In this document: positions 27,407 through 37,921 of the stretch, one piece after another
Position numbering within the stretch: the first letter of the stretch is position 1
Layout of the letters: every line of letters starts with the position of its first letter
DNA from: an uncultured Bacteroidota bacterium
GTDB taxonomy: Bacteria > Bacteroidota > Bacteroidia > Flavobacteriales > Flavobacteriaceae
Assembly (NCBI GenBank): GCA_902519075.1
Contig: CABYIO010000002.1
Coordinates: 2,015-66,014, forward strand
DNA: 64,000 nt
Reading direction: 5' to 3'
The notes under the pieces: generated by a model
Databases searched by the model: none
What the model saw: only the letters and a program-made list of their open reading frames with translations
Told to the model about the DNA's origin: nothing
Position numbers and translations under genes: made by a program

Positions 27407-30232
27407 CTAAGTTAGTTCTTTTTTAAGAAAATCAGCAGTTACACTTGATTTACAATCTAAAAAATCATCTGTAAATCCTTGGAAAATCATTTCTCCACCA
27501 TTTTTACCACCTTCTGGACCTAAATCAACTATATAATCAGCCTTTTTTATAACATCCATATTGTGCTCAATTATAATCACTGAATTTCCTTTATTTATAA
27601 GTGTTTCTAGAACTTCTAATAAAACTCTTATGTCTTCAAAGTGTAATCCAGTAGTTGGTTCATCTAACAAGTATAGAGTGTTTCCTGTATCTCGTTTACT
27701 TAATTCAGTGGCTAATTTTATTCTTTGAGCCTCGCCTCCAGAGAGGGTGGTGCTTTGCTGACCTAACGTTAAATAACCTAATCCAACATCTTTGATAGTT
27801 TTAAGTTTTCTATAAATTTTTGGAATATGTTCAAAAAAATCTGCTGCATCATTTATACTCATATTAAGCACATCATTAATCGATTTACCCTTGTATTTTA
27901 TTTCTAATGTTTCTCTATTAAATCTCTTCCCCATACATGCTTCACATTCAACGTAAACATCTGGAAGAAAATTCATTTCAATTTGTTTCAATCCGGCTCC
28001 TTTACATTCCTCACATCTTCCGCCCGGAACATTAAAGCTAAATCTACCTGGTTTATAACCTCTAATAATTGATTCACTTAGTTTTGAGTATATATTTCTG
28101 ATTTCACTAAACACACCACAATAGGTTGCTGGATTACTTCTTGGAGTTCTACCTATTGGAGATTGGTTGATATTAACGATTTTATCAACTTCTTCTAAAC
28201 CTTCAATTTTTTCGTATAAATGTGTGTGTTTCTCGGCATTGTAAATCTTATTATGAATAATAGGAAATAAAGTCTCATTTATTAATGTTGATTTACCACT
28301 TCCAGAAACTCCAGTGACCAGTGTTAATGTATTTAATGGGATTTTAAGGTCTATATTTTTTAAATTATTACCTCTACAGCCTTTTAATTCAATATACTTG
28401 CCATTTCCTAGTCTGTGATTTTTCGGAACAGATATTTTTCTTTTATTTTTAATATATTGCGCGGTTAAGGAATCACAACTAAGTAATTCTCTTTTATTAC
28501 CAGAAAAAATTATTTCACCACCATGTTTGCCAGCAAAAGGTCCGATATCTATTATATGATCTGAATTTAGTATCATATCTCTGTCATGTTCCACAACTAT
28601 AATTGAATTTCCGATATCACGAAGATTTATTAGTGAGTTAATGAGCTTTTGATTATCACTTTGATGTAGACCGATACTAGGCTCATCTAATATGTATAAT
28701 ACCCCTGTTAGTTGAGAGCCTATTTGAGATGCTAATCGTATTCTCTGACTTTCACCACCAGAAAGAGATTTAGAAGATCTGTTAAGTGTTAAGTAACCAA
28801 GACCAACATCATCTAGAAACTTTATCCTTTCGGAAATTTCTTTTATTATTTCTTCTGAAATAATTTTTTGTTTATCATTTAGCTTAGAAGGGAGATTTTT
28901 AAACCAAATTCCCAAATCTTTAATTTCTAGATTTACAACTTCGTTGATATTTTTACTATCAATTTTAAAATATAGTGCTTCTTTCTTTAGTCTAGAACCC
29001 TCACAACTATCACACAAAATTTCCTTAAAATAATTATTTGCCCATCTTTTTAATCTAATAGAATCATTATTTTGGTATTGTTCAACAATAAAGTTGCTAA
29101 TACCTTCAAATGATATCAAATAATCAATATTAACTCCTATCGATTTATTTTCAATAATAATTTCGTCTTTTAATCCATATAAAATAGCATTCATCCCTTT
29201 TTTTGGGATTTTTTTGATAGGGTCATCTAAAGAGAATTTAAATTTTTTTGAAATAAGTTCAATTTGCTTGTATATCCATGATTTTTTTGATTTAATCAAA
29301 TCAATACCTCCGTCGTTAATCGAAATTTTATCATCTGGAATAATTTTTTGTATATCAACCTCTTTGACTAATCCTAATCCTTTGCATTTTTTGCAAGCAC
29401 CTCTAGGAGAATTGAAAGAAAAGTTATTTGGGTCTGGAATTTGATATGAAATACCCGAATCTTCACACATTAAATTTAAACTAAAGTATCTTGCATTATT
29501 GGTTTCATTATCTATAATGAGTATTGAATTGTTTCCATGAAAAAAACATGTTTCAATACTTTCTTTTAGTCTTTTTTTAGAAAATTTATTTTTTTCGAGA
29601 TAAAGTTTATCAATCACTATCTCAATATCATGATTCTTATATCTTTCAAGACTTGTGCTATTTGAAATATCCTCAATTTTTCCGTCAATACGACATTGGG
29701 TAAACCCTTTTTTGATAGTTTGTTGAAATAACTCTTGATAATTACCCTTTCTTGACTTTACTACTGGTGATAACAATATAATTTTTTTATCTAAGTATAG
29801 AGATTCAATAAGATCTACAATTTGATCAGATGTATAGCTAACCATTTTTTTGTCTGTCATATAACTGTAAGCTTCAGAACATCTTGAAAAAAGTAGTCTT
29901 AAAAAATCATATATTTCAGTTGTTGTGCCTACAGTAGACCGAGGTGATTTATTTACAGTTTTCTGTTCAATTGAAATAACTGGAGATAAGCCTTCAATTT
30001 TATCAACATCGGGTCTCTCTAATTTCGATAAAAATTGTCTGGCGTAAGCCGAAAAAGTTTCGACATATCTTCTTTGTCCTTCAGCGTATATGGTATCAAA
30101 TGCTAAAGAAGATTTTCCACTACCTGAAAGCCCTGTTATAACTACAAGTTTGTCTCTTGGTATAGTAAGGTCTAAATTTTTTAAGTTATTTGACTTGGCA
30201 CCAAAAATTAATATATCATTCACATCACTCAT
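27407..30232 (-). CDS. uvrA: Excinuclease ABC subunit A
   Basis: 941 aa with two ABC modules (GLSGSGKSS; GVSGSGKST; LSGGESQR; LSGGEAQR) and zinc-finger Cys clusters (CKKCKGLG; CEECKGAG..CEAC). Confidence 0.96.
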   Translation of the reverse strand: MSDVNDILIFGAKSNNLKNLDLTIPRDKLVVITGLSGSGKSSLAFDTIYAEGQRRYVETFSAYARQFLSKLERPDVDKIEGLSPVISIEQKTVNKSPRSTVGTTTEIYDFLRLLFSRCSEAYSYMTDKKMVSYTSDQIVDLIESLYLDKKIILLSPVVKSRKGNYQELFQQTIKKGFTQCRIDGKIEDISNSTSLERYKNHDIEIVIDKLYLEKNKFSKKRLKESIETCFFHGNNSILIIDNETNNARYFSLNLMCEDSGISYQIPDPNNFSFNSPRGACKKCKGLGLVKEVDIQKIIPDDKISINDGGIDLIKSKKSWIYKQIELISKKFKFSLDDPIKKIPKKGMNAILYGLKDEIIIENKSIGVNIDYLISFEGISNFIVEQYQNNDSIRLKRWANNYFKEILCDSCEGSRLKKEALYFKIDSKNINEVVNLEIKDLGIWFKNLPSKLNDKQKIISEEIIKEISERIKFLDDVGLGYLTLNRSSKSLSGGESQRIRLASQIGSQLTGVLYILDEPSIGLHQSDNQKLINSLINLRDIGNSIIVVEHDRDMILNSDHIIDIGPFAGKHGGEIIFSGNKRELLSCDSLTAQYIKNKRKISVPKNHRLGNGKYIELKGCRGNNLKNIDLKIPLNTLTLVTGVSGSGKSTLINETLFPIIHNKIYNAEKHTHLYEKIEGLEEVDKIVNINQSPIGRTPRSNPATYCGVFSEIRNIYSKLSESIIRGYKPGRFSFNVPGGRCEECKGAGLKQIEMNFLPDVYVECEACMGKRFNRETLEIKYKGKSINDVLNMSINDAADFFEHIPKIYRKLKTIKDVGLGYLTLGQQSTTLSGGEAQRIKLATELSKRDTGNTLYLLDEPTTGLHFEDIRVLLEVLETLINKGNSVIIIEHNMDVIKKADYIVDLGPEGGKNGGEMIFQGFTDDFLDCKSSVTADFLKKELT

Positions 30233-30238
30233 AATGAC

Positions 30239-31909
30239 CTAAAAACCTATAGCGGTGTCATCACCTCTTTTATCGGCACCACCTTCTAACATTTTGTCTG
30301 CTCTTACTAATATCCCATCAACTCGACCAATAGCACCTTTATCATTTAATTTATATCCTGATTTAATTAGTTGTTCTTTAACTTTTTTATCAAAGTAATC
30401 TAATTCAATCCTGATAGAGTCAGGCTTCCATTGATGATGGAATCTGGGTGAGTTTACAGCTTCATTCATCGTCATTTCAAATTCATGAACATTTAAAATT
30501 GTTTGCACAACTGAAGTGATGATTGTTGATCCACCTGGTGTTCCTAATGTCATATATAAATCACCCCCTTTTTCAACAATAGTTGGAGTCATTGAACTTA
30601 ACATTCTTTTCTTTGGTTCAATTTTATTGGCTTCCCCACCAATCAAACCATACATATTAGGATAACCAGGTTTACTTGAAAAATCATCCATTTCATTGTT
30701 TAAAAAGAAACCTAGTTCATCTGAATATAATTTTGAGCCAAATGTTCCATTTAATGTAGTTGTTACTGCGATAGCATTTCCAAATTGATCTACAATAGAA
30801 TAATGTGTAGTTTCATTACTTTCAGAAATCTCAATATTTCCGTAACCGATATCATCAGAATTTGTTGGTGTTTTGAAAGAAAAATCTATCATGCGATTAT
30901 TTAAATAATCTTCATTTGTTAGCTTTTCAGTTGGAATTGAAACAAAGTCTGGATCTCCTAAAAAATGGCTCCTATCAGCAAAGGACCTTCTTTCAGCTTC
31001 AACTAATAACTTTATATAATCTGTAGAATTGTGCCCATATGATTTTAAATTATAAGGCTCAATCATTTTGAAGATTTGATTTATACAAATCCCACCGCTA
31101 GAGGGTGGAGACATAGATATGATTTTTAACTCATCATAATTAAAAACAACAGGGTCTCTCCAAACAGGCTTATAAACTTCAAGATCCTCCATTGTAATTA
31201 TCCCTCCATTTTCGCTAATGAATTTTACTAATTTTTTTGCTGTTTCTCCTTTGTAAAACTCATCTTTTCCGTTTATCATTATCTTTTCTAGGGTAGCAGC
31301 AAGTTTTAGATTTTTAATCGTATCATTCTTTTGAAAAGTATTGTCAAATAATATTTGTGAGTTATTTACAAATTGAAAATATTTTCGATTTTCATTGATT
31401 CTGTTCATTTGATTTTCTGTAACAATGACTCCGTTTTTTGCCAAATCGATAACAGGGGTAATTATTTCTTTAATGGAAAGTGTACCAAATTTTTCATGGG
31501 CTTCAAAAATTCCAGCGATTGTACCAGGAATACCAACAGAAAGCCCTCCAATCATACTTAATCCTTCAATTATGTTGTTATTTTGATCTAAATACATGTC
31601 TCTGGTAGAATTAATCGGTGCTCTTTCCCTGTAATCTAATGCTCCAGTTTTACCATTAGATTTTCTGTAAACCATGAAGCCACCACCACCTATATTTCCA
31701 GCTGATGGATATGAAACTGCTAATGCTAATTCGGTGGCCATCATTGCATCAAAAGCATTACCTCCCTTTTTAAGAATCTCAACACCAATTCTGCTAGCTT
31801 CTTCTCTTGCAGAAACAACCATGGCATTTTTAGAAATAAGACCTTCATTAGGTTTATTGCATGACAAAATGAATATAAGTAGAAAACAGTATTTGATTAA
31901 ATATTTCAA
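30239..31909 (-). CDS. ggt: Gamma-glutamyltransferase
   Basis: 556 aa with lipobox FILSC, the autoprocessing-site region NETTHYSIVD and TLGTPGGSTI. TTG start. Confidence 0.93.
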   Translation of the reverse strand: MKYLIKYCFLLIFILSCNKPNEGLISKNAMVVSAREEASRIGVEILKKGGNAFDAMMATELALAVSYPSAGNIGGGGFMVYRKSNGKTGALDYRERAPINSTRDMYLDQNNNIIEGLSMIGGLSVGIPGTIAGIFEAHEKFGTLSIKEIITPVIDLAKNGVIVTENQMNRINENRKYFQFVNNSQILFDNTFQKNDTIKNLKLAATLEKIMINGKDEFYKGETAKKLVKFISENGGIITMEDLEVYKPVWRDPVVFNYDELKIISMSPPSSGGICINQIFKMIEPYNLKSYGHNSTDYIKLLVEAERRSFADRSHFLGDPDFVSIPTEKLTNEDYLNNRMIDFSFKTPTNSDDIGYGNIEISESNETTHYSIVDQFGNAIAVTTTLNGTFGSKLYSDELGFFLNNEMDDFSSKPGYPNMYGLIGGEANKIEPKKRMLSSMTPTIVEKGGDLYMTLGTPGGSTIITSVVQTILNVHEFEMTMNEAVNSPRFHHQWKPDSIRIELDYFDKKVKEQLIKSGYKLNDKGAIGRVDGILVRADKMLEGGADKRGDDTAIGF

Positions 31910-31966
31910 TATTGTTATTTTGTCCGAATTTACAAATTCAATTTTTTACACTAGTATAATTAAAAG

Positions 31967-31974
31967 TATATTTG
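31967..31974 (+). promoter_or_regulatory. Candidate -7 promoter element TATATTTG
   Basis: Perfect TAnnTTTG 15 nt upstream of ATG 31990. The track's TTG start (31972) is part of this motif. Confidence 0.4.
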
Positions 31975-31989
31975 CAAAAAACAATTATA

Positions 31990-33369
31990 ATGCCACTTAT
32001 AAAATCAATTTCAGGAATAAGAGGAACCATTGGAGACAGAAAAGGTGAAGACTTGACAAAAGAGGATATTGTTCTTTATACTAAATCATTTGTTTTGTGG
32101 CTGCAATCAGAAAACAGAATTATCAATAATAAAATTGTTGTTGGTAGAGATGCTAGGATTTCTGGTGAAATGGTAGAGGATTTAGTTCTTGATACTCTGA
32201 CTAAAATGGGTTTAAATGTAGTTTGTCTGGGCTTATCTACAACTCCAACAGTAGAAATTGCTGTACCATTGGAAAATGCAGATGCTGGAATTATTATTAC
32301 AGCTAGTCATAATCCAAAAAATTGGAATGCATTAAAATTATTAAATAGTAAAGGTGAGTTTATTAATGCTAACGACGGAGAAAAACTATTGGAGATAGCT
32401 AATTCAAATCCTTCCATTAATATTAATAGAAAAATTGGTAGTGTTGAATTTAACAATACATACATTGATATACATACTGATATGATAATTAACCTGTCAA
32501 GTGTTGATGTTGACTTGGTGAAAAGTAAAAATTTTACTGTTGTAGTTGACGCGGTTAATTCAACTGGCGGCTTAGCAGTGCCTGACTTATTGAAAAAACT
32601 TGGGGTTAATGTTATAGAATTGTATTGTGATCCAAATGGTGAATTTCCCCACAATCCAGAACCACTTAAAGAAAATTTGAAGGACTTATCCGAATTAGTA
32701 ATAAAAGAAAAAGCAGATCTCGGAATTGTTGTTGATCCTGATGTGGATAGATTAGCTTTTGTCTCTGAAAACGGAGAAGTATTTGGAGAAGAATATACTT
32801 TAGTTTCATGTGCAGACTATTTCCTAAAAAACAACCCTGGGAATACGGTAAGTAATTTAAGTTCATCGAGAGCGCTTAAAGATATTACTGAGTTAAATGG
32901 ATGTGAACACTTTTTTAGTGCTGTTGGTGAAGTAAATGTTGTTGAAATGATGAAAGAAAAAAATGCAGTTATTGGAGGTGAAGGTAATGGTGGTATTATA
33001 TTGCCAGAGCTTCATTATGGGCGTGATGCATTAGTAGGAATTGCTCTATTTCTAACACATTTGTCAAAGCTTAATATTTCCTGTTCCCAGCTTAGAAGCA
33101 CCTATCCTGATTATTTCATGTCTAAACAGAAGGTTGAATTAAATAAGAGATTAGATGTTGATTTGATTTTGGAAAATCTAAAAAGAAAGTATTCAAAAGA
33201 GAAAATAAACACTCAAGATGGTTTAAAAATTGATTTTAAAGACTCATGGGTTCAGCTTAGAAAAAGTAACACTGAGCCAATTATAAGGGTTTATTCTGAA
33301 GCTAAATCTCAAAATAGCGCTGAAGAATTATCATCAAAGTTTATAAATGAAGTAAAGAGTTTTAGTTAG
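31990..33369 (+). CDS. glmM: Phosphoglucosamine mutase (alpha-D-phosphohexomutase family)
   Basis: Contains the phosphoserine loop TASHNPKNWNALK, the metal site VVDPDVDR and GGEGNGG. Start moved to the ATG giving MPLIKSISGIRG. Confidence 0.85.
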   Translation: MPLIKSISGIRGTIGDRKGEDLTKEDIVLYTKSFVLWLQSENRIINNKIVVGRDARISGEMVEDLVLDTLTKMGLNVVCLGLSTTPTVEIAVPLENADAGIIITASHNPKNWNALKLLNSKGEFINANDGEKLLEIANSNPSININRKIGSVEFNNTYIDIHTDMIINLSSVDVDLVKSKNFTVVVDAVNSTGGLAVPDLLKKLGVNVIELYCDPNGEFPHNPEPLKENLKDLSELVIKEKADLGIVVDPDVDRLAFVSENGEVFGEEYTLVSCADYFLKNNPGNTVSNLSSSRALKDITELNGCEHFFSAVGEVNVVEMMKEKNAVIGGEGNGGIILPELHYGRDALVGIALFLTHLSKLNISCSQLRSTYPDYFMSKQKVELNKRLDVDLILENLKRKYSKEKINTQDGLKIDFKDSWVQLRKSNTEPIIRVYSEAKSQNSAEELSSKFINEVKSFS

Positions 33370-34243
33370 GTGGACTTTGCCTATGTTTGAATCTTCTGTG
33401 TGTCCAAGTATAGTACTCTGGTTTATTTTGAATTTGCTTCTCTACCATTCTAATATATTTATCAGTTAGTTGAAAATCTTCAAAATCCTTAGGTTTATCA
33501 GTTATTAAAGAAAATGAAGCTTCATAATAACCTCTTTTAATTTTTTGAAGGTCCATAAAAACAATAGCCATGTTATATTTTTTTGCAATAACTTCAGCTC
33601 CTATGTGAATAGGAACCCAGTTATTTAAAAAGTTATTCCAGTATACTGCTGTACTCTTTTTTGGAGATTGATCAGATGCAAATCCATAAAAATTTAATCC
33701 CTCTAGCTTTGACAACCTACTTATTTCTCTAAATGTATCTTTTGTTGTGATCATGTTAGCACCGTATTGACTTCTTCTGGTTTTTGTCAACTTATCAAAA
33801 TACTTATTTGAAAGTTGCTTATAGACAGCATTAATATTGAAACGTGTAATATTTCTTATTCCAAAAACCCATTCCCAACTACAATAGTGACTGCACATTA
33901 CAATAACATCCTGGTTGTTATTATATATTTTTTCTAGAACCTCAGGATTTTTAAAAACAAACCTTTTCTTCAATTCATTTTCTTCCATCCTGGTTGATTT
34001 AAAGGTTTCTAAAAATATATCAGTTAAGTTTCTAAAGTTATTTTTTTCTATTTCAAGCCTTTCCTTTTTAGACATTTCTGGAAAAGCTAATTTTAAGTTC
34101 TCACGCACCACGCTTTTTCTGTAAGAAAAAACATAATAAAGCACATAATAAAGAAAATCAGAAATTAAATAAATTGTAGAAAAATTTAATCTTGAAATTA
34201 GCCATATAAAGGGGTAAGCTATAATGTATACAAGTAGATTCAT
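33362..34243 (-). CDS. Lipid A biosynthesis (LpxL/HtrB-like) lysophospholipid acyltransferase family protein
   Basis: 293 aa with an N-terminal TM segment and an Hx4E motif (SHYCSWE). Confidence 0.78.
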   Translation of the reverse strand: MNLLVYIIAYPFIWLISRLNFSTIYLISDFLYYVLYYVFSYRKSVVRENLKLAFPEMSKKERLEIEKNNFRNLTDIFLETFKSTRMEENELKKRFVFKNPEVLEKIYNNNQDVIVMCSHYCSWEWVFGIRNITRFNINAVYKQLSNKYFDKLTKTRRSQYGANMITTKDTFREISRLSKLEGLNFYGFASDQSPKKSTAVYWNNFLNNWVPIHIGAEVIAKKYNMAIVFMDLQKIKRGYYEASFSLITDKPKDFEDFQLTDKYIRMVEKQIQNKPEYYTWTHRRFKHRQSPPN

Positions 34244-34269
34244 TTAAATCCTTTGAGGCAAATATATGT

Positions 34270-34277
34270 TATATTTG
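34270..34277 (+). promoter_or_regulatory. Candidate -7 promoter element TATATTTG
   Basis: Perfect TAnnTTTG 21 nt upstream of GTG 34299. A TTTG at 34252-34255 could be a -33 element, but the spacing is short. Confidence 0.4.
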
Positions 34278-34298
34278 ATATCATTTAAATAATTTTCT

Positions 34299-34931
34299 GT
34301 GAACTCTGTTATAATTTTAATTATAGGATTAAACATATATCTTTCATATAAAGGTTTTTCTGATCGCACTTTTTTTAATAAATATAAATTCAGTCCATAT
34401 GAAATAAAAAGAGGTGAAAAAGTTAGATATCTATCATCTGGTTTTTTACATGTTGACTCAACGCATTTATTTGTCAATATGTTTACTCTTTTCTTCTTTA
34501 CAGATGCCGTTATTTTTAGGGTTGGTGAAATCAATTTTTTGATTATTTATATGATTAGTCTAATTTTTGGAAATTGGCTTACATATAGGTTTAACATAAA
34601 CAAGTTAAATTATAGTGCAGTTGGTGCTAGTGGGGCAGTCATGGGGATAGTTTATTCAGCTATTCTTTTAAATCCTGACATGACATTATTCTTTTTTGTA
34701 ATTCCTATGCCTGGTTATCTTTTTGGTTTAGGTTATTTATTTTATTCTATTTACTCTATGAATAAGTTAAATGATAATATTGGTCATGAAGCTCATCTGG
34801 GTGGGGCTATTGCTGGTTTTTTCAGTACAATTTTTATAGCACCACTAGTAGTTCTTACCAATTTATTAACTGTATTCATATTATTTATACCTATTATATA
34901 TTTTTACATAAAATCTAAATCAAGTTGGTAA
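34299..34931 (+). CDS. Rhomboid-family intramembrane serine protease
   Basis: 210 aa, multi-TM, with GASGAVMG (catalytic Ser) and HEAHLGGAIAG (catalytic His). Confidence 0.82.
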   Translation: MNSVIILIIGLNIYLSYKGFSDRTFFNKYKFSPYEIKRGEKVRYLSSGFLHVDSTHLFVNMFTLFFFTDAVIFRVGEINFLIIYMISLIFGNWLTYRFNINKLNYSAVGASGAVMGIVYSAILLNPDMTLFFFVIPMPGYLFGLGYLFYSIYSMNKLNDNIGHEAHLGGAIAGFFSTIFIAPLVVLTNLLTVFILFIPIIYFYIKSKSSW

Positions 34932-36310
34932 AGAATGAAAACATATTGGCATTAGCATCACCTTCTGGAGTTGGAGCGATTTCTTTAATTAGAATATCTG
35001 GCCCTCAGAGTATTTCTATTGTTGATAATATATTTGACGGTATTGAAAAAATCAAACTTGCTGATCAAGAGGCAAATACGGTCCAGCTAGGCTATATAAT
35101 CGATAACAAAAGGACAATTGATAAGGTTTTAGTTACCATCTTCAGAAATCCAAAATCATACACGGGTGAAGATTTAGTTGAGATTTCATGTCATGGAAGT
35201 ACTTTTATTCAGGAATCTATAATTCAACTTATGTTAAAGTTTGATTGTAGGGTAGCAAACCCGGGAGAGTTTACTATGCGTTCTTTTTTAAATGGAAAAA
35301 TGGATTTAAGCCAAGCTGAGTCGGTTGCAGATTTAATTTCGAGTAACTCTGAGGCTTCCCATAAATTAGCTATGAATCAGATGAGAGGTGGTTTTAAAAA
35401 TGACATAAATGATCTAAGAACTGAGCTTGTAAATTTTGCTTCATTAATTGAATTAGAGCTTGATTTTTCACAGGAAGATGTAGACTTTGCAAATATGAAT
35501 GAACTAAATAAATTACTAGATAAAATTACATCTAATCTAAAGAAATTGATAGATTCTTTTAAAACGGGTAATGTTATTAAAAACGGAATTCCAATAGCAA
35601 TTGTTGGAGAGCCAAATACTGGAAAATCAACTCTTTTAAACACATTACTAAATGAGGATCGTGCAATAGTTAGCTCAATTGCTGGTACAACCAGGGATAC
35701 CATCGAAGATCAAATCATTATAAATGGTGTCAACTGTAGGTTTATTGATACGGCTGGTATTAGATCAACGGATGATGAAATAGAAAGTATCGGGATTGAA
35801 AGAACATTCAAAAAAATGAGTGAGTCCGAAATAATTGTTTTCTTAATTGATTATTCAGATCTGGATAAAAATAAGATAAATTATTATGTTGATTATCTAA
35901 ATGAAATTGAAGAAAAATTTCCCAATACTAAACTTATTACAATCCTAAATAAAAATGATGTAAAGTCTGATGCCTCAGTGAACGATTTAGATAAATTTAA
36001 TCCGATTAAAATTAGTGCAAAAAATAAGTTGAATATTGAATCTTTAACAAAAGAAATAAGCGCCTATATCACCAATTTAACTAGACAAATCGATAATTCA
36101 ACAATTTCTAATTCAAGGCATTATGACTTATTAAATAAAACTTTTGAAGAAATACATAAAGTGAAAACTTCTATTGCAGATAAAGTTTCATCTGATCTAT
36201 TGGCAATTGACATTAAACAGGCTATTTACTATTTGGGAGAACTAACAGGTGAAATTTCAAATGACGAAATACTTGGAAATATTTTTTCGAAATTCTGTAT
36301 TGGCAAGTAA
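34925..36310 (+). CDS. mnmE: tRNA modification GTPase MnmE
   Basis: 461 aa with G-domain motifs GEPNTGKST, DTAG and NKND, and the C-terminal CIGK. Confidence 0.95.
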   Translation: MVKNENILALASPSGVGAISLIRISGPQSISIVDNIFDGIEKIKLADQEANTVQLGYIIDNKRTIDKVLVTIFRNPKSYTGEDLVEISCHGSTFIQESIIQLMLKFDCRVANPGEFTMRSFLNGKMDLSQAESVADLISSNSEASHKLAMNQMRGGFKNDINDLRTELVNFASLIELELDFSQEDVDFANMNELNKLLDKITSNLKKLIDSFKTGNVIKNGIPIAIVGEPNTGKSTLLNTLLNEDRAIVSSIAGTTRDTIEDQIIINGVNCRFIDTAGIRSTDDEIESIGIERTFKKMSESEIIVFLIDYSDLDKNKINYYVDYLNEIEEKFPNTKLITILNKNDVKSDASVNDLDKFNPIKISAKNKLNIESLTKEISAYITNLTRQIDNSTISNSRHYDLLNKTFEEIHKVKTSIADKVSSDLLAIDIKQAIYYLGELTGEISNDEILGNIFSKFCIGK

Positions 36311-36374
36311 GTTATTGATAATCAATTACTTATGTAAGTATAATCAAAAAAATTAATTATTGTAAATTGTAGGT

Positions 36375-37892
36375 ATGAAAAAGCTGTTATTACTATTACT
36401 TTTTATTCCACTTGTTTCTTTTGGTCAGGATTGGAATTGTGTGTCAGGTGATTGTGAAAACGGTAAAGGAAAGATGTATTCGTCAGACGGCATTGAACTT
36501 TATGAGGGTGAATTTATGAATGGTAAAAAACACGGTCAGGGAAGATATAGAACAAATCTATATGTTTATGAAGGAGGATGGAAAAACGATAAACAGCATG
36601 GTCAAGGAACCATTAACCATATTGATGGAGATAAATATTCAGGGGGATGGATGGATGGTGTATTCCACGGAAGAGGAATTTTTACGGTTTCTGATGGAAG
36701 TAGATTTGAGGGTGAATATAAAAATGGAAAAAGGACTGGGTATGGAACTTTTTTTTATAGCGAAAGGGATATAGGGAAAAACGGCTATGGAAGTTTACTC
36801 ATTGGAGAATGGGAAAATAGTGAATTAGTTACTCCATTTAGTGATGAATCTGTAAAATATTATTTAGATAACAAAATTGAAAGCTTAGATAGAGTAGAAG
36901 GCATTTATAGCTTTAGAAATAATAAAAAGGACTTTACATTTTTGATTTTATATGAGGATGGTAAATATAATGGATATATTATGAAACCAAATAGTATATA
37001 TGAGCAACGAGATGATTTATTACAATATCCTGGTCATATAAAGTTTGAAATGAACAAAACTGCAGAGAGTGGAGTGTTTGATGTTCTATGGAAATATAAT
37101 ATAGATGTGGATGATTTTTTCATAAATACATTTTTGGTTTATAGGGAATCAGAGGCAGTTTTAAAACTTGAAGAAAGAGCTTGGTGGAGTGGAGCATATC
37201 TTTTGAAGTCATATCCAACTTTTGAACCTAGCAATATCAACAAAAATAGAACTGGAGAATGGACAGGAAATGGTTCAGGAATTATTATTTCTAAATCAGG
37301 ATATATAATTACCAATCATCACGTTGTTGAGGATGCTAATGATATTGAAGTAGAATTTATTTTAAATGATGAAATTCAAAAGTTTAATTCAGAAATAGTT
37401 CAAGTAGATAAAGTAAATGATTTGGCAATTATAAAAATATTTGACATGAATTTTGATGGAGTTAGTGAATTGCCTTATAACTTCAAAATAAGAAGTGCAG
37501 ATGTAGGTACAAAAGTATATGCATATGGCTATCCAATGGCTCTATCGATAATGGGCAAAGAAATTAAAGTTACAGATGGAATGATTAGCTCTAAATCGGG
37601 GTTTGATGGAGATATTACAACTTATCAAATAACTGCTCCTATTCAAGAAGGAAATAGTGGAGGTCCATTGTTTGATGAAAAAGGAAATTTATTAGGTATA
37701 AATTCTTCAGGTATTAGAAAAGATGTGGCCGATAATGTTGCATATACGATTAAATCAAGTTATATCGTTAACCTTATAGATGTTATGCCAAAAAATATTG
37801 ACTTACCCTCAAATACAAAACTTCAGTCATTGCCTCTTACTGAACAAATTAAAGAGATTAGTAAATACGTTGTCCTTATTAAAGTTAAATAG
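36375..37892 (+). CDS. Secreted MORN-repeat protein fused to a trypsin-like (S1-type) serine protease domain
   Basis: Signal peptide MKKLLLLLLFIPLVSFGQ. MORN repeats: YEGEFMNGKKHGQGRY, YEGGWKNDKQHGQGT, YSGGWMDGVFHGRGI and FEGEYKNGKRTGYGT. Catalytic triad context: ITNHHVV / NDLAIIKI / GNSGGPLF. Confidence 0.75.
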   Translation: MKKLLLLLLFIPLVSFGQDWNCVSGDCENGKGKMYSSDGIELYEGEFMNGKKHGQGRYRTNLYVYEGGWKNDKQHGQGTINHIDGDKYSGGWMDGVFHGRGIFTVSDGSRFEGEYKNGKRTGYGTFFYSERDIGKNGYGSLLIGEWENSELVTPFSDESVKYYLDNKIESLDRVEGIYSFRNNKKDFTFLILYEDGKYNGYIMKPNSIYEQRDDLLQYPGHIKFEMNKTAESGVFDVLWKYNIDVDDFFINTFLVYRESEAVLKLEERAWWSGAYLLKSYPTFEPSNINKNRTGEWTGNGSGIIISKSGYIITNHHVVEDANDIEVEFILNDEIQKFNSEIVQVDKVNDLAIIKIFDMNFDGVSELPYNFKIRSADVGTKVYAYGYPMALSIMGKEIKVTDGMISSKSGFDGDITTYQITAPIQEGNSGGPLFDEKGNLLGINSSGIRKDVADNVAYTIKSSYIVNLIDVMPKNIDLPSNTKLQSLPLTEQIKEISKYVVLIKVK

Positions 37893-37921
37893 TTAGATAA
37901 ATATGTAATGAATAAAGAAAA

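Noticed and set aside
34244-34534. 96-aa minus-strand ORF overlapping the start of the rhomboid gene.
   Set aside because: It overlaps a gene with clear catalytic Ser/His motifs and a TATATTTG promoter motif. It would also run straight into the acyltransferase start, and it has no recognisable features.
36520-36774. 84-aa same-strand ORF in an alternative frame inside the MORN-repeat region.
   Set aside because: It is embedded in the repeat-encoding part of a gene whose main frame gives canonical MORN repeats. It is most simply a by-product of repetitive G/A-rich codons.
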